Shown one piece after another: positions 12,650 to 26,504 of a stretch of 64,000 bases of DNA. The position numbers were made by a program, and so were the translations under genes. A model generated the notes under the pieces. That model worked only from the letters and a program-made list of their open reading frames with translations. It had not been told where the DNA came from and made no database searches. Origin of the DNA: Gracilinanus agilis (taxonomy: Eukaryota); NCBI RefSeq assembly GCF_016433145.1, contig NC_058133.1:457899366-457963365 (forward strand), written 5' to 3'. The stretch's first letter is position 1; each line of letters starts with the position of its first letter.

Positions 12650-13144
12650 CTGGAGGGAGTAAAAAACAATTTCAGAGACTATTCTCAACACAAAAAATGT
12701 TCCTCAAAAACATACATACACAAACATACACAAAAATAATCAAGAAAAAAAAGAAACCAAATCATGGCAAAAATCTCACTACAAAATGACTGTATTCTAG
12801 AGGAAGAAAGAAGAAAGTATATGAAATTAGCTGGAGCTTGTTCTCCTGAAGGACATCACAAGAAGTTTATAAGGGCTATTTAATTCTATTCAACAAATAT
12901 TTATTTGTAATGCATTTATTTCATGCTGTCTTTTTTACACTGATATACACAATGGTTACAAAGACAAAAATCACAACATTCTCTTCCCTCAAGAAGCTTA
13001 CATTCTAGTGAAAGTGAAGGGGGAGAACTATAAAGTGAACTGTAAAATTGTATACAAAGTGTATAAATTTGTGGGAGTAAGAACAAGATAGGGCCAAGGT
13101 AGGAGCCTGCCCCTGACTTAAAACTTGAAGGAAGCTCAGAATTC

Positions 13145-13400
13145 TAAAGACAACTAGGTGGTGCAGTTGATAAAGCACTAAACCTGAGATCAGAAGTCCT
13201 AAGTTAAATCTGGTCTCAGATACTTACTAGCTAGCTGTGAGTCCCTGGCCAAGTCACTTAACCCTGTTTGCCTCAGGTTCCTCATCTTTAAAATGAGCTG
13301 GAGAAGGAAACAGCAACTCCAGTATCTTTGCCAAGAAAACCCCAAATGGCATAATAAATAGGCAGACATGACTGAAATGACTAAACAACAACAAACAGAA
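13145..13400 (+). mobile_element. Marsupial MIR-derived SINE (MAR1/WSINE type)
   Basis: 'caactaggtggtgcagttgataaagcac...ccagtatctttgccaagaaaaccccaaat...catgactgaaatgactaaacaacaac'; similar copies at about 51490-51690, 54270-55170 (LTR-interrupted) and 59680-59920. Confidence 0.75.
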
Positions 13401-14272
13401 TTCTGAGAAACTGGAAAGAAGGGAATGTATTCCATGCATGGAGGACAGCCTGAGCAAAGACATGAAACCGGAAATAAAATGTAGGAACGCAGGTGGGCTA
13501 GAACCTAGTATAAAGGAGAATAATGTATAAAGCTGGAAAGGAAATGCTAAAGATACCAAATAATAAATATAAAAACATTCTTTGCCCTGAATAAATTAGT
13601 GATATTCTAATTTCTAGAGGTCATTCTAAAATACAAGAAGTAAATTTATGTGGTACAAATTGATATTACATCTGGAATAACCCAATTATACAGACTAACT
13701 AAATTGAAAGACTCATTTAGTTTTTTAAATTATTAGAAAAGAATGGGAAAAGAAAGGATATTTTCTTCACAATACTTTTTACCCTGACACCTATGGCAAA
13801 AAGTCATATGTTTTTAACGTACATTTTGTCCATAGTGAAATGTAGTTTAAAAGTGTTTATCTTTCAAAAGAATTTTTTTAGTATTTTTTAATTATATTTT
13901 TCTCCAATTACATGTAGATACAATTTCTATTACTCATTTTCTGGCACTTTGCAATCCACTTTTTCTCCCACCCTCCATCCCTCCCCAAATTCCTCTCCAA
14001 GAGAGCAGGTAACATGATACAGGTTATATGTGAGATATATATTTCCATGATTGTCATATTGGAAAACAAGACAAATGTCACTTATAAAGGAAATAAAGTG
14101 AAAAGTGGTATGCTTCAGTCTGCATTCTGCCTAAGGTAGTGGATAGTCTTTTTCATCATGAGTCCCCCGGAGTTGTTTTGGATTGTTGACAATAAAGTCA
14201 TTCATAGTTGATCATCACATTCTATTGCTATTCCTGTGTACAATGTTCTCCCAGTCCTGCTCACTTTGTTTT

Positions 14273-15647
14273 TTTGGTCTTTTTTTTAAATTTAAACATT
14301 TATTAATATTCATTTTTAACATGGTTACATGATTCATGCTCCTACTTTCCCCTTCACCCCCCGCACTCCCCCCACCCATGGCCGATGCACATTTCCACTG
14401 GTTTTGTCATGTGTCCTTGATCAAGACCTATTTCCAAATTGTTGGTAGTTGCATTGGTGTGGTAGTTTCGAGTCTACACCCTCAGTCATGTCCACCCCGA
14501 CCCATGCGTTCAAGCAGTTGCTTTTCTTATATGTTTCCTCTCCTGCAGTTCTTCCTCTGAATGTGGTAGCATCTTTACCATACATCCCTCAGAGCTGTCC
14601 TGTGTCATTGCTTTCTGCTGGTACAGGAGCCCATTACATTCGATTTTACCGCAGTATATCAGTCTCTGTGTACAATGTTCTTCTGGCTCTGCTCTTTTCA
14701 CTCTGCATCACTTCCTGGAGGTCTCTCCAGTTCGCCTGGAACTCCTCCAGTTTATTATTCCTTTTAGCACAATAGTATTCCATCACCTGCATATACCACA
14801 GTTTATTCAGCCATTCCCCAATTGAAGGACATACCCTCATTTTCCAGTTTGTTGCCACCACAAAAAGCGCAGCTATAAATATTTTCGTACAAGTCTGTTT
14901 ATCTATGATCTCTTTGGGGTACAAACCCAACAATGGTATGGCTGGATCAAAGGGCAGACATTCCTTTATAGCCCTTTGGGTATAGTTCCAAATTGCTATC
15001 CAGAATGGTTAGATCAGTTCACAACTCCACCAGCAATGCATTAATGTCCCAATTTTGCCACATCCCCTCCAACATTCATTACTTTCCCCTTCTTTCATTT
15101 TAGCCAATCTGCTAGGTGTGAGGTGATACCTCAGAGTTGTTTTGATTTGCATTTCTCTAATTATTAGAGAACACTTTCTCATGTGCTTATTGATACTTTT
15201 GATTTCTTTACCTGAAAATTGCCTATTCATGTCTCTTGCCCATTTATCAATTGGAGAATGGCTTGATTTTTTTATACAATTGCTTTAACTCCTTGTATAT
15301 TTGAGTAATTAGACCCCTGTCAGAGTTTTTTGTTATAAAGATTTTTTTCCCAATTTGTTGTTTCCCTTCTGATTTTGACTACATTGTTTTTGTTTGTACA
15401 AAAGCTTTTTAGTTTAATATAATCAAAACCATTTAATTTACATTTTGTAATTTTCTCTAACTCTTGCTTGGTTTTAAAGTCTTTCCTTTCCCAGAGATCT
15501 GACAAGTATACTATTCTGTGTTCACTTAACTTATTTATAGTTTCCCTCTTTATATTCAAGTCATTCACCCATTCTGAATTTATCTTGGTGTAGGGTGTGA
15601 GATGTTGATCTAAACCTAATCTCTCCCATATTGTTTTCCAAATTTCA
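14273..15647 (-). mobile_element. Young 5'-truncated L1 (ORF2 C-terminus plus 3'UTR) inserted into an older L1 3' end
   Basis: Perfect 16-bp TSD ctgctcactttgtttt (14257-14272, 15648-15663); T-rich tail at left; ORF2 peptides LGLDQHLTPYTKINSEW, IIREMQIKTTLRYHLTP, GEWLNKLWY. Confidence 0.95.
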
Positions 15648-16086
15648 CTGCTCACTTTGTTTTGCATCACTTCATGTAAATCTTTCCAGGTTTTTTGTGA
15701 TCATATTATTTGTCATTTCTTATGGAACAATAGTATCCCATTACAATCATATATAACTTATTCAGCCATTTCCCCAACTGATGGACGATGCTTCTGTTTC
15801 CCATTCTTTGCCACTACAAAAAGACTTGCTAAAAATCTTTTTGTACATGTAAGAAGAGTTTTTCAAAAACACAGGATCACTGAACCAAGTCTAGGTAATG
15901 AAGATATCAAGGAAAATGTATAGCTCTCTCTGACCCAGTAACTTCACTGTTAGAAATACCCAAGAGTTTAATCAATAACAAGCATTCAGAGACTTTTATA
16001 GCATTATTTGTAACTTGTAAAGACTGGCAAAAACTACATGCCCAACAATAGGAGAGATTATTTAAAGTTCATATCATAAAGTTTAT

Positions 16087-16889
16087 TGTGGGAAGCCGTT
16101 CTATGTATTAAAGCCTTTGGAGAAATAGGATCAAATTTAGGGCCTGTTATCTGGATTCCCTACGTGACCAATCCAGGCTGAGGCAGTCTTTGTGTTTGGT
16201 CCTGGTCACCTGAGCCCCAAAAGGCTCTGGTACCAGCAGGTAGGTTAAATCCAAAATCAACTTGATCCCTCCAAGAAGGCTATGAGGAGTCATTTAGAGA
16301 AACAGAGTCTGTAACAGATATTTTATCTGGATCCCATTACAAAATCATCGGCAAGTAAAACTGTGTGTATGATTTTCTGCACTGCATGTCAGGATGCAGA
16401 CTGAATGGGCCATCTAAGATAAAAATCTGAGGCTCCTCTTTTGACTCAGTCTTTGATCCCCACCTTTTTTACAATTCTTATTGGAGAGCTTTGAAGTGGC
16501 AGACCAGCATCTACTGAGTTAATGACTCCTTTCCTAACAAATGTTAATTAGATAAGAGTGCATATTCAGATTAGAACTGGTTCCTTTAGGATTTGACTGG
16601 TGAGCATCTCCCTGGGATATTTCCTCTCCCGAAATTATCCCCTCCTGAATTGGGGTTTGGAATTTGACCATTTGTCTTTGCATCTGTATTCTTTAGATTT
16701 CAATGGATTATGCGTGACTTATTGCCCCTTACCAACTGTGACTTCTTTTTTGAAAAAGGTATATAATAAACTTCCATGCCCGCAGAATTCGGAACAGCAT
16801 GGGCTAACCACTAGTCTAGTTGTTCTCATTTTCTTTCTCCTGCCTTAACCATCCTATGCCACCACGCCGCTCAGGATCCCAAAAAATCA
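16087..16889 (+). mobile_element. Probable solo LTR
   Basis: Begins TG, ends CA, AATAAA near 16766, some retained CpGs, LTR-like composition; no TSD found. Confidence 0.5.
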
Positions 16890-18012
16890 GATAGAGGCAT
16901 GGCTCCCTGTAGTTTATATCTTTTATCTCATTTTATCTTCACATAGAATAATAATTCACAAATAATAAATAAGAACATAAGTACTCTTCTAATTCCCATT
17001 TTAGTGATATGGAAACTGAAGCTGAGTGAAGGTGACATTCCCTGGGCTCACAGAGCTAGTGAGATAGTACTTGAATATAGGTGTTCCTGACTCCCAAACT
17101 GGCACCATATTCACTTGGACACTTCTGTGCCTACTACAATACAATTAAGAAGATCAAGTATGGGTAATATTAAGAATTCTAAATAAACCTTTATAAAATA
17201 ATGCAAAGCAGGAAAAACAGAAGCAAAATAGAGAATTAACTAAAATTCACTTAAAATGTCATAAAATATTTAATGTTATTTATGACAAATTTTAAATCTT
17301 AAAAATAAGAAAAAAATTAATAGTAATGAAACAAAAATAGATGAGCATACTTTGCATTCAACTCTTGCCTCCTCCAGATCTGACTTCCAGTCTCTCTCCT
17401 TGGTCAACCATGTCTAAAGTGCTAAATCCAATGAGCTCTCCTTGTCTTTCTCCTTCTTGAGCTGACTATGGTTTCTGACACTGCTCAGGACCTCCTCATG
17501 GATATACTCTTCTTTCTCAGTTTGTGACACTACTCTCTCTTGGTCTAATCACTCCTCAATTTATTTTGCTGAATTATCTATATTCCACCCCCTATGTGTG
17601 GGTACTGTCCCCAACAAGGCTCTGTCCTGATTACTCCCAAATGTATCTCAAGTTCAACATATATAAAAAAGAATTCCCTATGTTATCCCTTAAACCTGCC
17701 TCTCCCTCTAGGTTGTTTCTTGAAGGTACCATCATGCTTCTAGTCACTCAAGATTCATAATGTTAGGGTTGCCCTTAACTCTTTCCTCTTCCTGACTCAT
17801 CAGCCCCCAAACCAATCAGTTACCAAGTCTCACCATTCTACCACTGCAACATCTCTCATATTTATTCCCTTTTATTTTACTCAAATTCAGAAGGTCCTTA
17901 TCTCTACTTGTTTGGACTATTACAATTGGGCTACTGCAAAAGACTCCCAACTTGCCTCAAGTATCTCCCATCACATATGTAAGTACTGTCTTCCCTGTTA
18001 AGAGTGTAATTT

Positions 18013-19115
18013 TGTAAATTAAATGGTTTTGATTATATTAAACTAAAAAGCTTTTGTACAAACAAAAACAATGTAGTCAAAATCAGAAGGGAAACAACAA
18101 ATTGGGAAAAAATCTTTATAACAAAAAACTCTGACAGGGGTCTAATCACTCAAATATACAAGGAGTTAAAGCAATTGTATAAAAAATCAAGCCATTCCCC
18201 AATTGATAAATGGGCAAGAGACATGATTAGGCAATTTTCAGGTAAAGAAATCAAAAGTATCAAAAAGCACATGAGAAAGTGTTCTAAATCTCTAATAATT
18301 AGAGAAATGCAAATCAAAACAACTCTGAGGTATCACCTCACACCTAGAAAGAAGGGGAAAGTAATGAATGTTGGAGGGGATGTGGCAAAATTGGGACATT
18401 GATGCATTGCTGGTGGAGTTGTGAAATAATCCGGCCATTCTGGCTGGCAATTTGGAACTATGCCCAAAGGGCTATAAAAGACTGCCTGCCCTTTGATCCA
18501 GCCATACCATTGCTGGGTTTGTACCCCAAAGAGATCATAGATAAACAGACTTGTACGAAAATATTTATAGCTGCGCTTTTTGTAGTGGCAAAAAACTGGA
18601 AAATGAGGGGATGTCCTTCAATTGGGGAATGGCTGAATAAACTGTGGTATATGCAGGTGATGGAATACTATTGTGCTAAAAGGAATAATAAACTGGAGGA
18701 ATTCCATGCAAATTGGAGAGACCTCCAGGAAGTGATGCAGAGTGAAAGGAATAGAGCCAGAAGAACATTGTATACAGAGACTGATATACTATGGTAAAAT
18801 CAAATGTAATGGGCTCCTGTACCAGCAGCACTGCAATGACACAAGACAGCTCTGAGGGATTTATGGTAAAGATGCTACCCACATTCAGAGGAAGGACTGC
18901 AGGAGAGGAAACATATAAGATAAACAATTGCTTGAATGCATGGGCTGAGGCGGACATGAATGGGAAATAGACCCTGAACAAGGACACATGGTACAACCAG
19001 TGGAAATGTGCGTTGGCCATGGGTGGGGGGAGAGCGGGGGGGTGAAGGGGAAAGTAGGGGCATAAAGTATGTAAACAGATTAAAAACGAATATTAATAAA
19101 TGTCTAATAAAAAAA
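18013..19115 (+). mobile_element. Young 5'-truncated L1 (ORF2 C-terminus plus 3'UTR) inserted into an L2 fossil
   Basis: 13-bp TSD aagagtgtaattt (18000-18012, 19116-19128) at a tt/aa site, A-tail, ORF2 peptide in ORF 18399-18797. Confidence 0.95.
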
Positions 19116-19582
19116 AAGAGTGTAATTTCACTAAGGGTAGGGCCTGTCGTTTTTATCTTTGTAACATCACTGCCTGCTACAGGGCCTGGTGCACAGGAGG
19201 CATTTAATAAGTTGATAACTGTTAGCTAATTTTACAGTGTAGGCCAGCCCTGGGTTATAGTAAAAAAATTCAATTGCTTCTCATTATAACCAAGTCTTTT
19301 CAGCTTCCCTAGGCTTGTTTTACCATTCCCTGTTCTGTGTAGCAAGAACTCCAAACAGTCTGATTCAGGTATCAGGCAAATGACACAGGAAAAACTATAC
19401 ATAGCAACTTCCCATACATCATTTCTATTACAAGAGGCTCAACTTTTCTATCAAAAATGCAGCTGAGGAAATTATCCTATCACCAAGTTGAGGGAATAAC
19501 AGCCAATCTTGCAAGTCTCTAAGTCTGTAAGACTATCTCCTACAAAGATCATTCATAAGTTATATTTCATCTTATGGGTTTA

Positions 19583-19795
<213 letters not shown>

Positions 19796-20719
19796 TTAAG
19801 TTACATACTTTAATTGGTTCTAAAATTAGATCAAGTTATATTAGATTCTATAAGACTAATCAGAAGAAAATTGTACCTGAAACAGTTTCATTTTTCAAGT
19901 GAGCAAAGTTTTTAAAAGCTAAAGAGATATATGAACAAACATATGTGGTATAGATATTTTAAGACATGCTAATCAATTATACAATGCTTCAAAATGCAAA
20001 TTTTTCAAAAATAATGCTTTACTATTCAATTTGGAGATCAGAGGCTAATAACATTGGGTTGATAGCTGAGTAGTGTTAACTATAAATCAATTCACACTAA
20101 CAGAGGAGGAGATAGTGCCATAACAAAACAATACCTATCCACATTTTATATTTGTCTTTGAAATGCAACAGGTAACATAGGCTCACTCACTTAAGCAAAC
20201 AGAAAGGCCTAAGAGTAGCCCTAAACAACATTATCCAAAAAGCCCAATTTCTCTTCAGTACTCCAACTTCTCCTTTCTTTGGCCTTCTGGTATAGTAGAA
20301 AATGATGGACTTGGGAGTAAAAAGGCATGGGTTTCATTCCTGGATCTCTTATTTACTAGCCATATAGCCAGAACAAGTTACTAAACCATTTGGAGCCTGA
20401 ATCTTCAGATATCTGAAAATGAGGCTAATACTTATATGTCTCCCTCACAGTTGTTTTGAGGAAATAAGCTTTTAAGTGCTATGTAACTATAAGTTTTTGT
20501 TACTCCTATAGAACTTGTTATTCTTTATCCAGTCTTATCTAGCCCCAGAGACTCACCAGTATCTTCACATATTCTGTGTGTTCACTCTTTATCAGAGATT
20601 CCTCAGTAAAGAATTTTATAACAGTCATTCATTTCTTAGTATGAATAGAAGATTATATATTCCCTCTCTCTAAGAATTTACAGTTTAAATCATATTTCAA
20701 GTTGGTAAATAAAAGACTT

Positions 20720-23700
20720 TGTTCTGGCATCAGCTAATTCTTGTAGCTGGCAACATACTCCCTGACCAGACATCCCAAGGCAACCATAGACATGAATAAG
20801 AAAAAATCTGGCTTTCCTGAGGCATGTATCTAGAATATGAAAACAGGTCCATCAACTAAGAGCTAATATTCACTTAAGGCGAGCATCATTGGGACAAATG
20901 ATGCTGCCAGAAAGAATTTAAGGAGTCCTACTAAAGAATAGGAAGTCCTAGGCAAGAAACTAAAGGCCTTAAAGTGATGATGTCAACACTGCTGCCAATT
21001 GAGGGTTGGGGCTTCTGAAGGAGAAGTTGGATATGGGAAGTAAAATCATTAATAGGCTGGTATATGAAACAGAGATTTGGAGTCTGGGATCATGGCTTAG
21101 ATTACTGGAATCATGAACTTTTGGCCTGGGATAAACTACATCCAATTAAGGCTAGTAAAAAAATATGTAAGTAATAAAACTTACAAATCTGATCAAGAAA
21201 GCTTTGACCTGAAAATAAGGAAGAAAATTTCCCACAAAAATTTGATATCTGCCAAGTCAGATATCAAAAGGTACAACATAGGAAATATAGAGAAGAGAAG
21301 CACTTATTCACAGGAAATTATATCCAAGAAAGGTAGTACTAAAACCCACAGCCTCAAATGTTGGTATAAAAAAATCTCTAGAGTATGTACAATAAACAAT
21401 GTGACATAGAGAACCTAATTCCAAGAAATTATAAGTTAAGTCTCATAAGAATTATTGTGACTAATAACAATAACATTCTCAAAATAGGTCCTATTCCAAA
21501 GCAACAAGCAAATACAATAATTTCCATCAGATATAGTTATCTTCCTCCCCGTCTATCTTCTACCCTTTCCCAGGGCTAATGTCTAGCTATCATTCTCCTG
21601 GCTAAAAAAGACTACAATGACTCCCTGGCTTTAGGATCAAATGTAAATGCTTCAACATGACATTTAAAACCTTCCACAAAATTATTTCAGTTTACCTTTC
21701 AAGACTTCATATTACGTCCTTTCATATATTCTATCTTTTTAGCTACTCCCCATACTTAGCATTCTCTGTTCAGCCCCTGTGTATTTGTCTAAACTGTCCC
21801 AAGCACAGACAGTACAATCTCTGGCTGTGTCTCTCTCCTCCTTCCTTATTTCTATCTTTTAAAATCCTTGCTTTCCTTCAAAATCCTTCTTGGCCTCCAC
21901 CACCATGTTTCTTTCCTCAAATTAACTCATATTTTCCAACACATATGATATATATCCTTCTAATTGAAAATAAATACCTGGAGGGCATGGGCTCTTTTGT
22001 TTCTATCTCTGTAACACCTCCCCCCTCCAGAATCCAGCCCAAGGCCTTGCACATACTTTGATGGATCTATGATCTTATCAATGTAGGTGCCCCCTCTGAC
22101 AGTGCAGATTCCAACCCATCAATATCTTCTCTTTCTTGAACAGGTCTTCCCATAAATCGACAGAGATTTACATTCTATGGGTCTGTCTAAATCTCAACAT
22201 TGGGTACTAGACAAACTATTGGTTATCACTTACTATGGCCAGCCCACTTTCCTTTCTTGGTACATATTTCTTTGAGAATATGTAGTAGAACTAGAAGAAC
22301 TGTGTAGTTCCTCATTGGCAACATGTTTCTCCACTGTCCTTCAGTTGACCTGAACCTTGAAATCTATGGAGACTGGGGCATGCTGCCATACTTGGTAGCC
22401 ATATCACATCACCAGAATATTAGTGCTAAAAAGATGGGCCTTTTTTCCAGAGAAGTCATTAAAAGCACAGTGCAGTTTCTCCATATACAAGCCAGTCTAT
22501 TTTCTTCTTCAGTTCTGTACTTTTAAAATATCTATCCAGGGGGGCAGCTTGGTAGCTCAGTGGATTGAGAGTCAGGCCTAGAGACGGGAGGTCCTAGGTT
22601 CAAATCTGACTTCAGATACTTCCCAGCTGTGTGACCCTGGGCAAGTCATTTGCCCCCCCCCCCCCCATTGCCCACCCTTACCACTTCCACCTATGAGCCA
22701 AGTTAAGGGTTTAAAAAACAAGCAAATAAATGAATGAATGAATGAATGAAGTGTCTATCCAGTATATATTCACATAAAAGGTCTAGCATAATGGGCTGTT
22801 AGTCGAAAAGCCTAACAGTCTAGATGACAGGAATTTTTTGTCTTATGGGATGTTCTTTGAAGTGGGGAATAAGGCTCGACTCTTGAGTTCTACTGGATCC
22901 CATTTAGGAAGAAAAGTTTGCAGTATTCCAGAGATTCACCTCATCATCCATAAACAGATTCTGTCAGAAATGTTGTCTACAACAGTGGTAAATGACATGC
23001 TCTTGCAAGCATATCACCCTGTTATTATTATAGAGTTTAACTGGACATTTAATATGCATACCCGAAAGAGTTATGATTTCTTCAAAAAAAACTGCAATTG
23101 ATTGTGTATGTACTTAAGTTACTTCATTCAACAGCAAAATATCAATCAACAGGCATTTGTTAAGTAGTGTCCTATGCCAAGCGGAGAATACAAAAACTCT
23201 CTGTTGAGAGCCTCCCCCTACCAAATGACAAACCTAACTTAGTAGCTAATTCCTAGGAAAATTCCCAAGGCCCAGAAACTAATCAGCATTCTCGCTATCA
23301 TAACTCAAACCAAAATGAGACTGGAAAACTGGCTCTTTCCCATTCTAAGCCCAGGACTCTATATACCACACCAGTGGCATAATCTGTCTGCAGGCTACAA
23401 TACTCCTGAGTATAGACTGAACCAAATTAAGATGGGAGAAATGTGTCACAAAACAAATTAAAATACAGTAAAACATAGATAATACTACATTTTAAACTCA
23501 ATTATGCAATGCAGAAGGATCTTGATATACAGTTTAGGGGCCCTCAAACTTCTATTTGAGTTTGATAACACTGTGCTATACTTCATACATTTAATAAATG
23601 TAAATAATTGAAATTTTTTAACTGAACCTGTAATTTCATTAATTATAAGGAACTCTTGATGAGAAAACTCCCTCTATCAAAGCAAACCAGCATCTAAAAT

Positions 23701-26096
23701 GCTCTTAAAAATTGACCTGTGACACCATGAGGTCAATCACTTACCCAGGATCACATGACCAGTATGTGTGAGAGGGAAGCCTTGAATCCAGATCTGATTT
23801 CAAAGCCACTACACCACTGCTGTCTCAAGGGGAAAATGTGAAGAAATCCACGTACTGGAGGCATGGAAGAAAGAAGTTAAGGGAGAAATAGAAAGGCTAT
23901 CATGGTGGAAATATATTAAAGAACAGCCCATAAAGCTTATGATTAGTTTCTGAATCTTAGATATTTTTATAGCAGTAATGGAGAGTAAGAATTATGCAGA
24001 CATCTGCTGGCATGCACTATTAAAAGCAGAAGTAGCTGTTAAATATTAAATTGCCTAAATGATCACTTTTCAAAAAAAATACTTAAGTGACAGAGGATAA
24101 AGAGACTGCAATTTTGGACTTGCTTCTGATCTTGAAGGATTAGTTGCTAGATTATGTAGTTAAAGAGGTAGAACCCCAATGACAACTCTCTCATGAAGGT
24201 TTGTTACAGCTAAAAAGGGAGAAGCAGGCCTAGGCATTGTCTGTGGTACACTAAAAACAGATTTCAACATTTCAAAGAATAGGTAGGATCCCACTGTCTG
24301 CAGTTCTGCAGGGGAAGCTGACCCAAGATAGATGAATTAGTCCCTAAAGAATTCTCACAAGTTATCTCAATGATAAGCAAGATGGAAATAGGAAATTCAT
24401 CAACTGAATTACAATTTATTTCCTAAAAGAGAAACAAAGGCCTGAAACTGATCATGAACTCAAAAATCCAGATCATGATTGCTAGGGCCCAGAATGAGGT
24501 AGGGTTATCAATGGATGTTGAGGACAAAAAAAAAATGGTTTTCCTCAATAAAGCTATATTTTCAAGAGGAAAAAAAAACCAAAAGAAGGTATGTGTCCAC
24601 AGGAAGTAGGGAAGGAATGGAATGGCAAGATAAGAGAAGACAAAATTACTTAACTCTTATTTTTTATAGAGACCTCTCAAAAGTCTTCCATGATCCCTGG
24701 TGGCTGTGTGAATAGATATGGAAACACTTCTGGAGAAGTTTATGAAAGAATTTTAGAAAGCTGACTGAGACAGGTAAAATGGCATGGGGCTTCAAAGCCT
24801 TTTGACAGTTTTGGGAACCTTGAGAGTTCCTCTCCCCCATCTCAACATTATGATGGGGGAGGTACAAAAGCCACAATGCTGATAAAGCTACAAGAGGCTG
24901 GAAAAAGGGAATAGGAAAAGGGGTGACTTCTGATGTTTGTGGAGGTTTTTGCTGTTTGATGCTTCTTTGGTCCCACAGAATTTACTATAATACAAAGTAA
25001 TGCTCCCATTTAGATCAGTCAGTATTTTTCACTTTAGTAGGAGCTCAGCACAAGTGGTTTTGAGTGGATGCTAACCCCAATGTGCCACAAACTAAATGAG
25101 AAAGCTTTCAAGGAGTTCACAATTGAAAGAAGGGCCCAGGGCTATATTACCCTCCTCAAAATGGCTTTCCTAAACTCTCTTCCTTAGGCCTTATAAATGA
25201 TCCCTTGCTTTCTCTCAGGGGACTTCTATTTTAATGAAGAAATTGAAGCTATCTTAAGCTCCTTCTCCCTGCTCTCTACCTCCTTCTATATCATACATAT
25301 TGTTTCTTCCTTTATTTGATAAAACAATGGGTTTTCTCCTAGTAAGGCTAAGCCTTCTAATTATATCCTAAATTCTCTTCATCTCTTCCAAGACTTTTCA
25401 TCTTTAAGAATTCCCTATCTTTTTCCCAGCCAAATGCTTCAAAAGAGCCATCTACTCTTGTTGCCCTGATCTTTATCTTGGGCTCTTTCCTCAGTCTCTT
25501 GAAGTCTAGTCTGGCTTTTAACCTACCTAAAACTGCTTTCTCCAAAAGTACCACCGACCCTCTTAGTTGCCAAATTTGACAGCCTTTCCTCAGTTCTCAA
25601 TGTTTCCAGTTGCTTTGATTTTCTCTTCTTTCTGGAAACTGTTCTCTCTCTTAGCCTTTATGATACTGCTCTCTGCTGGTCTCCTCAATCCTGACAGCTT
25701 CTTTTTATAGTCTCCTGGGTTTTTTAAGTGGACCCTAAATTCAGTGAACCAAAAGTTTAATATGATCATCTAAAAACCCAATATAATCCTGAGCACGCTA
25801 CACTAAAGCAGAAGTTCCAGGAATAAATGTGTGATAGTCACTATTATACTCTGTCCAGTTCAAATGAAGCTAGAATATTATTTCATTCTGGGCACTGAAT
25901 CTTGGGAAGGGCACTAATAGATAGGAGAAGATGCAAAGGATGGTAACAAAGATAGCAGAGGGCTTCAAATATGTGCCCAATGAGGAATGGTTGAAAGAAC
26001 TGGGAATACTGAACCTACACAAGACTGAGAAGGAATAGATAGCTATCTTCACATTTTTTATGTGAAAGAAGGATTAGGTATCCTCTGTTTTGCTTC
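20720..26096 (+). mobile_element. Fragmented ancient CR1/L3 LINE (ORF1 esterase, ORF2 EN/linker/RT end), interrupted by younger repeats
   Basis: IGTNDAARKN (20888), STLLPIEG, FGVWDHG, DKLH (21130); L3-like segments at about 21350-21450, 24000-24700 and 25730-26096. Confidence 0.7.
22540..22751 (+). mobile_element. SINE1_Mdo-like SINE with (AATG)n tail
   Basis: Canonical head and body; TSD tatctatccag / tgtctatccag. Confidence 0.9.
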
Positions 26097-26504
26097 TGTG
26101 AAGATGGGATTAATCCTACCTTGCCCATTTTTAGATCTAGTCACCTGTTAATTGAAATTTGGGAAAGGCCATTTAAAAGTATATATATATATATATATTT
26201 TCTATGGATACATGGGAACTATCAAACTACATTTCCCGTGGTCCAACAGGTTTCCGTTTCCGGTTCTTTGGGCGTGGGAATGCCTGCATCACCACGCAGA
26301 GGACAGTTTAAATGGGAGGAGAATCGAAAGTGGCTCTTTGGCTAGCAGGCACGGGAAGAGACGGGAGGTAACAATAATGGCGGAGGCGCCAGTTTTGAAT
26401 TCTTACAAGCGAGTGGTCTAATGATTTTATCTCTATCAGCATGGCTTTAATTAAACTACTAATTTATATTATTATATCAGTCTTTATCATTTTTAATCGT
26501 AACA
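26097..26504 (+). mobile_element. Probable solo LTR, CpG-retaining
   Basis: TG...CA ends; 'actacatttcccgtggtcc', 'tttccggtt', 'tttaaat'; 3' end 'atcatttttaatcgtaaca'. An LTR-like fragment follows to about 26820. Confidence 0.55.

Noticed and set aside
12650-12691. ORF-track N-termini MLRIVSEIVFYSLQ (also MNLNLFR at 31859-31878 and MSPFR at 19773-19786)
   Set aside because: These are intronic polypyrimidine/acceptor sequence read in frame; true exon edges are given in the features.
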